DNA of 64,000 bases from an uncultured bacterium (lineage in GTDB: Bacteria > Verrucomicrobiota > Verrucomicrobiia > Verrucomicrobiales > DEV007). This document shows, one piece after another, positions 9,390 through 17,372 of the stretch (its first letter is position 1; the number at the start of each line of letters is the position of its first letter). The translations under genes were made by a program, and so were the position numbers. The stretch is taken from the NCBI GenBank assembly GCA_963977015.1, contig CAXBMO010000026.1, forward strand, positions 1 to 64,000, read 5' to 3'. The notes beneath the pieces are model-generated. The model saw only the letters and a program-made list of their open reading frames with translations. It searched no databases and was not told where the DNA came from.

Positions 9390-11954
9390 TTAGCCGAGGC
9401 GTTGTGCCAGCAAAACAATTGCCTTCATTTCTGCCTCCACTCTCTGACGCTTTTGTTTGCTCAATGAACGCTTGTTGCGTAACGAGGTTTCTTTCTTGCG
9501 GTAGCGTTCCCTCCAAAGCAACCCAATCTTGTGCGCATCACGGCCTTCCCAGCCTTCAATAATCTCTTCCACAGCATTGTAGAAGGGAGAGTTTTCGTTT
9601 TCTACCTCAGCAGTATCCGCAAGGGCATCTGCTAAGATCGAGTTAACCATGCTTTCGGCGTCTTTGGCTCCACGGAATCCCCAAAATGCCTCAATTTCAT
9701 CTTGAAGCACGAATGAAAGAGAATCATTAAGGTTCTCGTCTCGATATCGTGAAATATAGAACTCGCGGAATGAAGGGCGGAATTCGCACATCGCCTCGAA
9801 TGGCCCCTTCTCCGCATTTTTCCCTGCCAAGGCATGGCGAAACTTACGACTGACGATCGGGACAAACGCCACCGCGTAGTTCCACCGTGCGTGCTCGTCG
9901 TCTTTGTTTCTCCATTCTTCCAACCGGTCGAGCACTTCCAAGCATCGCTCAATCGATTGCGAGGATTCGGACAGCAACGCTCCGATGGCTGCGTTGCGCG
10001 CGTTGCTTTTCCCTCTACAGAGTATCTGAGAGAAGAATTCTAGAATATCAAATCCCTCCTCGTAACGCAACCGGGTGCTAATCTGGATGGCGATGTCCTC
10101 GTCTCGCGAATCGATTAAACTTCCCAGAAGTTTGGTGACGTCTCCAGCACTGGTATTTCGGATGATGGCGCGGCAAAGTTCCGCGATGCGAGAGATCAGA
10201 AAGCTTGATAAATTACGATTATGGTCATAGGCTCTGAACCACTCCACAATACCGTCCATATCATCGGTTCGCTGCAATTTTTCTCGTTCGAACTCATCTA
10301 GTGCGGCCACAAGATTCTTTGAAAAGTCTGTTAGTTCGCGCAGCCAGCCCTGATCTGTTTCCTCAGCAAATTGAGGAAACATAGACGCAAAGTAGTCAAC
10401 CAAAAATCTGACACTACGATCAGGCAATTCTGGGTCGAAAAGTATTTTGTGGGAGTAAATTTTTTGGAAGCCATCGAACGTAATAGGTTGTGACTGGAGT
10501 TGACGACGTAACTGTTCACGAATCACTGTACCGTCGAATTCGACCACCAAACTTCCGCGCTGATTGGGAAATAAGCCAATGGAGCATTCTTCCCATATGT
10601 CATCCCTATTTTGAAGCAAGAATTCGTTGGCCTCGACAAACTGCTCTTCAATTTGTTCTTCCACCTTCCCTTCTTTGCTTGTTGTGTGTTTCTTTACCTG
10701 GACCTTTTGCTTTTTGCCAATCAACAAGATATTTAGCACTTTATTGAAAACTGTCACCGGAATGCCCGGAAGGTAGGATACCAAAAAAAGGATAGCCTGA
10801 TGACACGGCTTTTTCAATAACACCCGAAGCTCGTCACCAAGTTCAACTTGAGGGGAATAGGCTGTGTTTTCGCGATCGTTTATTAGCTTTTCAAGACCTT
10901 CTGGGCCGTTTTTCTGTAGTTCTCTGCGAACATCGTTGTAAAATTCGAATGGATCTTGTGACCAGAGCTGAGACTGCCTTTGTCGCTGTAGTTCATGAAT
11001 ATGATTTACCGTTTTCTCGACTGAAAAATGCTTCAGGAGCTGTATTTCAAGTGCATCCAGTTCCCAACGAAATGTGTCGGTCTGGAGGAGACAATCTCGA
11101 AGATTGGGAATTGTGAAGCCTGAGTATATCAGGAACACAAACACTATCTCTTTTTGTTGCAGATATGGCTTAAGGTTTGCTGCCCCAGCCCCTAGTGTTC
11201 GGCTTGCAAAACCCTGCATCACGCCGTTGCGAACATGAAAAAATATCGCAGTTGGAACTTCCGAATAGGTTTCCGCGAAGGACTTGGCCGTGAAAGTATT
11301 GTCCAGCAACTCATCCCCGCTGTCGATATCAACTTGGAGGCATTTGTGTTTTGCCCTATGTAATTCTCGGGCCACCCGCTGGCCTGCCTCCACGAGCATT
11401 TGTTCATCAATCGACTCGATTACCGCCATCCTTGATTCCATGAGTTTTGAGACTTCTCCAAACCTAATATCGTAGCGTAGGTTGGAATAGAACACGACAT
11501 TATCAACCAGATCAGAAACTTTGAAATTCGGATTTTTTGTCGTGAATACTGGATTGGCCTTTTGTCCCCCGGCCAGCGATGCTTCGGCGGAACCTGGCCG
11601 GTAGTCATTCCTAAAAATATTGTAGTGGACATCCCGCTCAGCGACTATTCCTGTGTTTTCCTTGATAGTCGTTGCTTTGTTCTCCACCTTGGTAGGCTCA
11701 GCCTTATCCTTTGGAATTGCAGGAAGAGGACCATCCTGTACCGGTTGTTTCCGATCTGATGCAGGCCCTTGCTGCTCTCCAACGGCTGGTTCTTGGGCAA
11801 TTCCAGAAGCCGACTGTCCGCCTTCTGTTGCTGATTTATCAGACGGTGGTATTTCGGTGGGATTCCCTTCCGGGCTGGTGTCCGCTTCTGGTGACGGCAA
11901 ATTGCCGTCACCTTCGTCTCCAGGGGGCGTTTGATTTGTGTTTGACTCAGGCAT
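9390..11954 (-). CDS. Large protein: disordered N-terminus, possible inactive STAND-like NTPase domain, C-terminal helical repeats
   Basis: ~854 aa from ATG 11954 (4 bp after the upstream stop, preceded by GAGGAAGG); alpha/beta central region with no intact Walker A; all-helical C-terminus. Domain call is inference. Confidence 0.5.
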   Translation of the reverse strand: MPESNTNQTPPGDEGDGNLPSPEADTSPEGNPTEIPPSDKSATEGGQSASGIAQEPAVGEQQGPASDRKQPVQDGPLPAIPKDKAEPTKVENKATTIKENTGIVAERDVHYNIFRNDYRPGSAEASLAGGQKANPVFTTKNPNFKVSDLVDNVVFYSNLRYDIRFGEVSKLMESRMAVIESIDEQMLVEAGQRVARELHRAKHKCLQVDIDSGDELLDNTFTAKSFAETYSEVPTAIFFHVRNGVMQGFASRTLGAGAANLKPYLQQKEIVFVFLIYSGFTIPNLRDCLLQTDTFRWELDALEIQLLKHFSVEKTVNHIHELQRQRQSQLWSQDPFEFYNDVRRELQKNGPEGLEKLINDRENTAYSPQVELGDELRVLLKKPCHQAILFLVSYLPGIPVTVFNKVLNILLIGKKQKVQVKKHTTSKEGKVEEQIEEQFVEANEFLLQNRDDIWEECSIGLFPNQRGSLVVEFDGTVIREQLRRQLQSQPITFDGFQKIYSHKILFDPELPDRSVRFLVDYFASMFPQFAEETDQGWLRELTDFSKNLVAALDEFEREKLQRTDDMDGIVEWFRAYDHNRNLSSFLISRIAELCRAIIRNTSAGDVTKLLGSLIDSRDEDIAIQISTRLRYEEGFDILEFFSQILCRGKSNARNAAIGALLSESSQSIERCLEVLDRLEEWRNKDDEHARWNYAVAFVPIVSRKFRHALAGKNAEKGPFEAMCEFRPSFREFYISRYRDENLNDSLSFVLQDEIEAFWGFRGAKDAESMVNSILADALADTAEVENENSPFYNAVEEIIEGWEGRDAHKIGLLWRERYRKKETSLRNKRSLSKQKRQRVEAEMKAIVLLAQRLG

Positions 11955-11958
11955 AGTT

Positions 11959-14577
11959 CTAGGAACCTTCCTCACGATCAGTCGTATTAGTATTATCGGT
12001 CAAACGTGAGTAATCACTTGGTTGCGAACTATTCTTGGAATGATCTTCAATTCTAAGGTTCCCTAATTCCGACTGATCTTCCAGCGCCTTCAACTCTTCC
12101 TCCAAGGCGTTAAGGTCTTGAACGGTCTTGTCGAGCTTGATTTCATCACCGGGAAACCCGGATTCCTCATAATCTTTCTTTTGTTCTAGCAGCATCGCTT
12201 GGCGCTCAACGATCGCATTAATCCGGTTCTTCCGCATTTTGAGTTGAGCTCTACGAAACTCCTCCGCATCTTCTGCGGCTTTGAGTTCCAGCCGGCCAGT
12301 CCCCCTTTCCAAAAGATCAATGGAAATATCCAACCCAAAGGCTTTGGCAACGCTTCTCTTGGCGAATGGCGAGATCACACTGGCCTTTAGGTCTTCAACT
12401 TCGCGGATATCACGATATCGTAGTTTTGAGGAGCCCAGCGTTTGCAGGTTCTGGCGACAAACATTTACGATACTTTCACCTACCTTCGCAAAAAAGTCGT
12501 CATCGCTTAGGTGCCTAGCCGAGTTCTGAAATTTGCCCCAGGCCTCAGCATTGTTTGCTATTCCCTCAATACTAAATGTTATATTGAATGAAATTTTTTC
12601 CAAGGCGTTATCCAGAGGAGTCACCTCGAATCCCAACGTTTTAGGCCGAGACGTCAGAATGTCGTGAGTTTTGCTAAATTGTGTCTCTAGCGGGGAAAGG
12701 ATTATGGTGTAGCATTCAGCATCATATCCGTGAGGAGGCTGCTGTCCGAAGGCCTCCTCAATTGAAGCTTTGATCTGATCTCCGGGTGATGCTCCATCGT
12801 CCATGCTCTCCTCAAACTCTAGAAAAAGCTGTTGTGGTAACAGATTTCGGGTGACCGATTCCACCCGAACATTGATTAAACGTTTCATTTCGGACTCCCA
12901 GTCCCATGTGGGGGTGAGGTAGTCTCGCAATGATTGAAGGTTTCGAAGTCGCCCCTCCACGTTAACTCGGCATGGAAATCGCACCCTAGAATCCTTCGTC
13001 AAAAATCCTTCGTCGCGTTGATTACCCCATTGGGAAGAATTCGATGTAGATTTGCTTCCTGCTTGGACGGTTTCATCGGCAGTGGCAACTTCTTCTGTTT
13101 TGCCATTGTCACCTTCGCCAACAACTTGGAATTCGTCGTCGGAGCTCGGTTTGGGTGAGTCTTTGGAGGAACTTACCGATCCATTGGTTTCGCCTTCCAA
13201 ACCTTCTGGGTCGCCACCACGAGTAATCTCTAGGCGAAATCCTTCATCAATAAGCTTGCGGAGAGGAAGGTTGGGAATGCTGATGAGTTGGCGGACCACT
13301 AACCCGACATCGGCGGCTTGTTGTCTTACTGCAGATCCTATCCGCTGTTTGATAGGATCGAATGCTAGTAGCAAGTCGGTATAGGTGTGACCAAATAATT
13401 CTTTTTGCGTGCAACGATTCAAAATATCAGTAACCCAATTCTCGAAATTGGTGATTCCAGCTTGTTGGTATTTTGCGACCTCTGAAAGGTCCGTATCCAA
13501 TTGATGGCGAATTGAAACTTGGGTATCATCTGGTTGAACACGGCAAGAGACATCGTGTTCAAAGGTGTCATCAATTGTGGCAATTAAAGAGAAATTCGTG
13601 TGGAGTGCTAGGTGTTGGATACTCAAGCCATATTGATTGACAAATTGGTTTATGTGGCCTTCAAGACCCGCACGAACGCGCTCTGGCGACTTGTGAATAT
13701 CATCGATTGTAGGAGATCCTGCGAGCCATCTCTTCACTTCAGTGTCAATATTTCTCCGGAGATCTACAGGTGGAATATAAGTTTGGGAAGCATGCCCGTG
13801 TTCTTCAGCTGACATCAGGCCTATTTCATACCGAAATTGGATAGGCTCATTGGAAATGAATGTTTTGAAAGAGGGCGTTGAAAAGTACAAGATACCGTCG
13901 TAACTTGGGAAAGTCACTCCAGCGACTAACTGTAGTCCCAGTTGGCTGCTTGCTTTTTCAGCGAGAGTTCGTGCCAACGAATCCAATGCGGCAGGCGACA
14001 ATGCAGTGCCTTCTCCAACGTCTTGATGCAGTGAGTGGAGGATCGTCTCTTCGACAAATCGTAGAAAGATCTCATGTGGTTCTATAATGTCTCCCTGAAA
14101 GCCTAATCGTCCCCTAGCCAAGGACTCAACAAATTGCCGCTCTTTACTGCGAATGGGGCCGTGGATTTCAAACCAAATGTCCAACTCAATGGATTGACCT
14201 TGTAACCGCTCAAAGCGAAAATTACGAGGGGAGCAGGTTTGACGCCCTTCAAGAAACACAACGTAGTGACGCTGAAACTGCGCCGGATTAATAAAGCGAG
14301 TCCAGTTTACGGCCTTTTTGGTTTTTTCATCAATGGAAATGAGTAGCTCGTTGTCATTCAGAGACGAAGGTTTATCGGCTCCACGGGGAAGCATCTTCAC
14401 CAAAGGGGCAAGGTATGACTCAGCCACGGAAATAGAGGGTTTCCTTTCGTGGCTTTGAGTTGAGTCCACGACAGCAAAATCGTCGCTAGGGCGATTTGTG
14501 CCGAGTACTTTGAAAGCGTCTTGATTTGGCGTCTGATTGCTTTCGGTCTGGCCCAGAATTTTAAAGTCGTCGGACAT
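11959..14577 (-). CDS. Protein with ~5 tandem SPFH/band-7-like repeats and a C-terminal coiled coil
   Basis: ~110-aa units ending in QLGLQL, QYGLSI, DVGLVV, HGYDAE, AFGLDI; FLTKDSRVRF strand; heptad-rich C-terminus. Confidence 0.55.
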   Translation of the reverse strand: MSDDFKILGQTESNQTPNQDAFKVLGTNRPSDDFAVVDSTQSHERKPSISVAESYLAPLVKMLPRGADKPSSLNDNELLISIDEKTKKAVNWTRFINPAQFQRHYVVFLEGRQTCSPRNFRFERLQGQSIELDIWFEIHGPIRSKERQFVESLARGRLGFQGDIIEPHEIFLRFVEETILHSLHQDVGEGTALSPAALDSLARTLAEKASSQLGLQLVAGVTFPSYDGILYFSTPSFKTFISNEPIQFRYEIGLMSAEEHGHASQTYIPPVDLRRNIDTEVKRWLAGSPTIDDIHKSPERVRAGLEGHINQFVNQYGLSIQHLALHTNFSLIATIDDTFEHDVSCRVQPDDTQVSIRHQLDTDLSEVAKYQQAGITNFENWVTDILNRCTQKELFGHTYTDLLLAFDPIKQRIGSAVRQQAADVGLVVRQLISIPNLPLRKLIDEGFRLEITRGGDPEGLEGETNGSVSSSKDSPKPSSDDEFQVVGEGDNGKTEEVATADETVQAGSKSTSNSSQWGNQRDEGFLTKDSRVRFPCRVNVEGRLRNLQSLRDYLTPTWDWESEMKRLINVRVESVTRNLLPQQLFLEFEESMDDGASPGDQIKASIEEAFGQQPPHGYDAECYTIILSPLETQFSKTHDILTSRPKTLGFEVTPLDNALEKISFNITFSIEGIANNAEAWGKFQNSARHLSDDDFFAKVGESIVNVCRQNLQTLGSSKLRYRDIREVEDLKASVISPFAKRSVAKAFGLDISIDLLERGTGRLELKAAEDAEEFRRAQLKMRKNRINAIVERQAMLLEQKKDYEESGFPGDEIKLDKTVQDLNALEEELKALEDQSELGNLRIEDHSKNSSQPSDYSRLTDNTNTTDREEGS

Positions 14578-14588
14578 TGCTGAAATCG

Positions 14589-15383
14589 TTACGTAGGGTT
14601 GTTATTTTTTGGCCCTTTAAAGAGTCGGGCTACGAAAGATTGTGGAGGGCTCTTATTGATTCCATCGGAACCCGAATACCCGGTTGCGCGAGAGTAATTG
14701 TCACGATCGTTCGAGGTAGAACTGCTACCTTGCATCCGTTTTTGAAAATCACATTCGAAGCCAGAGCAATCGACCATGATTCCTCTGCAGGGAGCACTGT
14801 CTTTACCGTGAAAGACCCCCCACTGCTGAGTGTTTGGATTGAGAACTACCCCAATTTGCCATAGTTTACCAAATAGCTGTACCTGTGTGTCCCTGTCAGG
14901 CTCAGAGAAAAAAATCTGTAGTTCGTTGGGATGGGTATGATACCAACCAACCGTCCTGAGAAAAGGGTCGCCGAGCATCTTTTTGAGGCTATCCGCTTCT
15001 TGGAGTAGATCATTCCAAGCTGAGAAATTCATTTCGACACTCACCTCCGAGGAATGACTCTCCTTGCCGGGTATCGCATGCGTCGCAATGACGTTTAGGT
15101 TACTCATAGATAACCTAGGAAGTCCTATTTGACTTGGGTCGACAACCACTTCACCAATAAGGAGCCCGGCCTTTTCTTTCTGTCTAGTTCGATCATTTGT
15201 GCCCCAATTGATGTGATCGTATATAACCCGCCTTGCAGATGATTCAATTGTTACAAACGGACTGCTAACCAAACCGCTAGTTGTGCTTTCGTGAAACTCG
15301 CATCGATCATACGATGGCTGGTGCCTATATTCAAACGAGTGGCGTTTTTGTTCAGTATGGATTATATTGAATTCGTCTTCCAT
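14589..15383 (-). CDS. JAB/MPN+ metallo-isopeptidase (soluble)
   Basis: KEKAGLLIG Glu plus GWYHTHPNELQIFFSEPD (HxH..S..D JAMM motif). Confidence 0.9.
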   Translation of the reverse strand: MEDEFNIIHTEQKRHSFEYRHQPSYDRCEFHESTTSGLVSSPFVTIESSARRVIYDHINWGTNDRTRQKEKAGLLIGEVVVDPSQIGLPRLSMSNLNVIATHAIPGKESHSSEVSVEMNFSAWNDLLQEADSLKKMLGDPFLRTVGWYHTHPNELQIFFSEPDRDTQVQLFGKLWQIGVVLNPNTQQWGVFHGKDSAPCRGIMVDCSGFECDFQKRMQGSSSTSNDRDNYSRATGYSGSDGINKSPPQSFVARLFKGPKNNNPT

Positions 15384-15421
15384 TTTGGGACTCGAATATA
15401 CTACAATATCGACTTGAGGGG

Positions 15422-16756
15422 CTAGCTGTTCTCGGAGTCTCCCGATTCGGATTTTGTGGCCGTAGAGACATCTGCTTCGGGGGGGAGCGCTTCGGTTTTG
15501 GGTTTTGCGCCCTTGTTGTTTTCGATTTTTTGTTTAGCATCCTTGTTGTCTTCGGCTTTGGGTTTAGCGTCCTTGTCGTCTTCGGTTTTGGGTTTAGCGT
15601 CCTTGTTGTCTTCGGTTTTGGGTTTAGCGTCCTTGTTGTCTTCGACTTTGGGTTTAGCGTCCTTGTTGTCTTCGACTTTGGGTTTAGCGTCCTTGTTGTC
15701 TTCGACTTTGGGTTTTGCGTCCTTGTTGTCTTCGGATTTGGATTTTGTAACTTCGGTGTCTTGTGCTTTGGCGTTTGCTACCATCGTTTGATCACTCTGA
15801 TGTTGACTGCTAGTTGTAGAAAGAGTTCTGATGCTATCAGGTGGAATCGTGTTGTCGTCCGGATTAGTTGGAAATCCGCCAGAAGACACACTTCTCCTTA
15901 CTTCCTGAAGTTGTGTTTTTAGTTCCGTCAATTCGAACTTCAGATCTGAAACCTCGGAGGCCGCCCTTTCAAATTGCAGCCCTCGAAGACCGAGAAAACC
16001 ACCGACGATCAGTAGAATAGCCAGCGTAACAATTGCGATAATTTCCAATAGTGTTGTTCGACTCTGAGGGGACTGGACGATGATTTGAGGCTGGTTTTGG
16101 GAATTCATGATGAGGCCGGAGTCGTGATTGGAGTCGTGATTGGAGTCGTGATTGGAGAAACCGATAGGTTTGTTAGTTCTAAGGAACCCAAGGCAAGGGA
16201 GAGCGTTTTCACCGTGGAATGCACACCAAATTTCCCGATGTGGATTCAGAACAATTCCGAACTGCCAGTCCTCGCTAAAGTAGCGACGTTGCGTATCGCG
16301 GTCTGTGCCAGAAAAAAAGACATCAAGGTTGTTCGGGTGGGTGTGATACCAACCAATAATCCGAAGGTCGGGAGATGATTGAATTGCTTTATCCGCCACT
16401 TTGAGCATTTCATTCCAGGCATCGTAACCAAGATCAAGATGCACAGGGTTCCCGTCTCCTTGATGACCAGGTATCGCGCTGCGGGCTAGACCGATAACGT
16501 CCCCACCAATATCTAAGACTTGGCCAAGCAAAATTCCACCTTGCTCATTTCTGTTGAGACTAGTGGTTTGTCCCCAACCTATATGACCATTAATAATTTC
16601 AAAGGCCGAAGGTTCAACGATAACAATGTGCGTTGAACTAGTTCCAACTTGGCGATTAGAAACGGATTGAAAACCATCGAGTTGTAAGTCCTGAAAGCGA
16701 GCTGGTTCTGGGGAGTAAGGGGAAGACTCATCGATGATAGTTAGGGTGTCGTCCAT
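15422..16756 (-). CDS. JAB/MPN+ isopeptidase with TM helix, coiled coil and C-terminal 10-aa repeats
   Basis: NEQGGILLG; GWYHTHPNNLDVFFSGTD; TM LLEIIAIVTLAILLIVGGFLGL; KPKVEDNKDA repeats. Confidence 0.9.
   Translation of the reverse strand: MDDTLTIIDESSPYSPEPARFQDLQLDGFQSVSNRQVGTSSTHIVIVEPSAFEIINGHIGWGQTTSLNRNEQGGILLGQVLDIGGDVIGLARSAIPGHQGDGNPVHLDLGYDAWNEMLKVADKAIQSSPDLRIIGWYHTHPNNLDVFFSGTDRDTQRRYFSEDWQFGIVLNPHREIWCAFHGENALPCLGFLRTNKPIGFSNHDSNHDSNHDSGLIMNSQNQPQIIVQSPQSRTTLLEIIAIVTLAILLIVGGFLGLRGLQFERAASEVSDLKFELTELKTQLQEVRRSVSSGGFPTNPDDNTIPPDSIRTLSTTSSQHQSDQTMVANAKAQDTEVTKSKSEDNKDAKPKVEDNKDAKPKVEDNKDAKPKVEDNKDAKPKTEDNKDAKPKTEDDKDAKPKAEDNKDAKQKIENNKGAKPKTEALPPEADVSTATKSESGDSENS
15491..15746. 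repeat. 30-bp tandem repeat, 8 full units plus a partial one (encodes KPK[VTA]EDNKDA on the minus strand)
   Basis: Units TTCG(G/A)(T/C)TTTGGGTTTAGCGTCCTTGTTGTC begin at 15491, 15521 ... 15701. Confidence 0.95.
16118..16153. repeat. 12-bp tandem repeat x3 (SNHD) in the JAB-TM linker
   Basis: GGAGTCGTGATT three times. Confidence 0.9.
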
Positions 16757-16775
16757 TGTAAGAAGCTATTGGGGA

Positions 16776-17369
16776 TTAAATGATGTTAAAATCATCGGGT
16801 CCAGTTTCCTGTTTCCCTGAGGCACTAGAAATGTTGAAGATTTCAAAGGTTTCCTGCTCAACTTTCCCGGTTAAGTTTGGCTTTGGGGTTCGTGCCACCG
16901 GAAGCCGTCCACTATCTCGCATCTTGCAAAACCACTTTGCTTTTTCCGCATCACCATCTGTATAACTCTCGGGATTTGAAACCTCGGTATCAAATTCTAA
17001 AGTTCGAACCATTCTTACAACATGATCGACAAGGTCTATTTCAGAATCCCAGCTGCCCGCTCCTTCGCACCAACGACCGTCCCTCCACCAATTTGGATGA
17101 TAGGGAGCAGGCCTGGTGACCATCACAATTTCAGGTGATGATTCTGGGAAGGTTGAGGGCAGCTTCAGCCGTATTTCGTGGTTGTTCCGGAAATCAAAGC
17201 CGCTACTAATAACGGATTTGACCTCAAGCTTTAACTTGTATTCGGTAACATATGGAGGTGATCCGGAAACTACTTCCCAAGTTACCCACGGGCACTGTTG
17301 CTGGAATTTGACCATGTCACCGTATTCGTTTTTGAGGCGTAACCGGCGTTGTTTAGCAGAAAATGCCAT
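16776..17369 (-). CDS. Ubiquitin-conjugating enzyme E2 (UBC fold)
   Basis: RRLRLKNEY helix, LKLPSTFPESSPEI, HPN-x7-C (HPNWWRDGRWC; Cys codon 17067-17069), downstream W, NPES. Confidence 0.88.
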   Translation of the reverse strand: MAFSAKQRRLRLKNEYGDMVKFQQQCPWVTWEVVSGSPPYVTEYKLKLEVKSVISSGFDFRNNHEIRLKLPSTFPESSPEIVMVTRPAPYHPNWWRDGRWCEGAGSWDSEIDLVDHVVRMVRTLEFDTEVSNPESYTDGDAEKAKWFCKMRDSGRLPVARTPKPNLTGKVEQETFEIFNISSASGKQETGPDDFNII

Positions 17370-17372
17370 GAT

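Noticed and set aside
15491-15746. 30-bp repeat array as a CRISPR array
   Set aside because: Units are contiguous with no spacers, lie in frame inside the JAB-TM ORF, and no cas genes are present.
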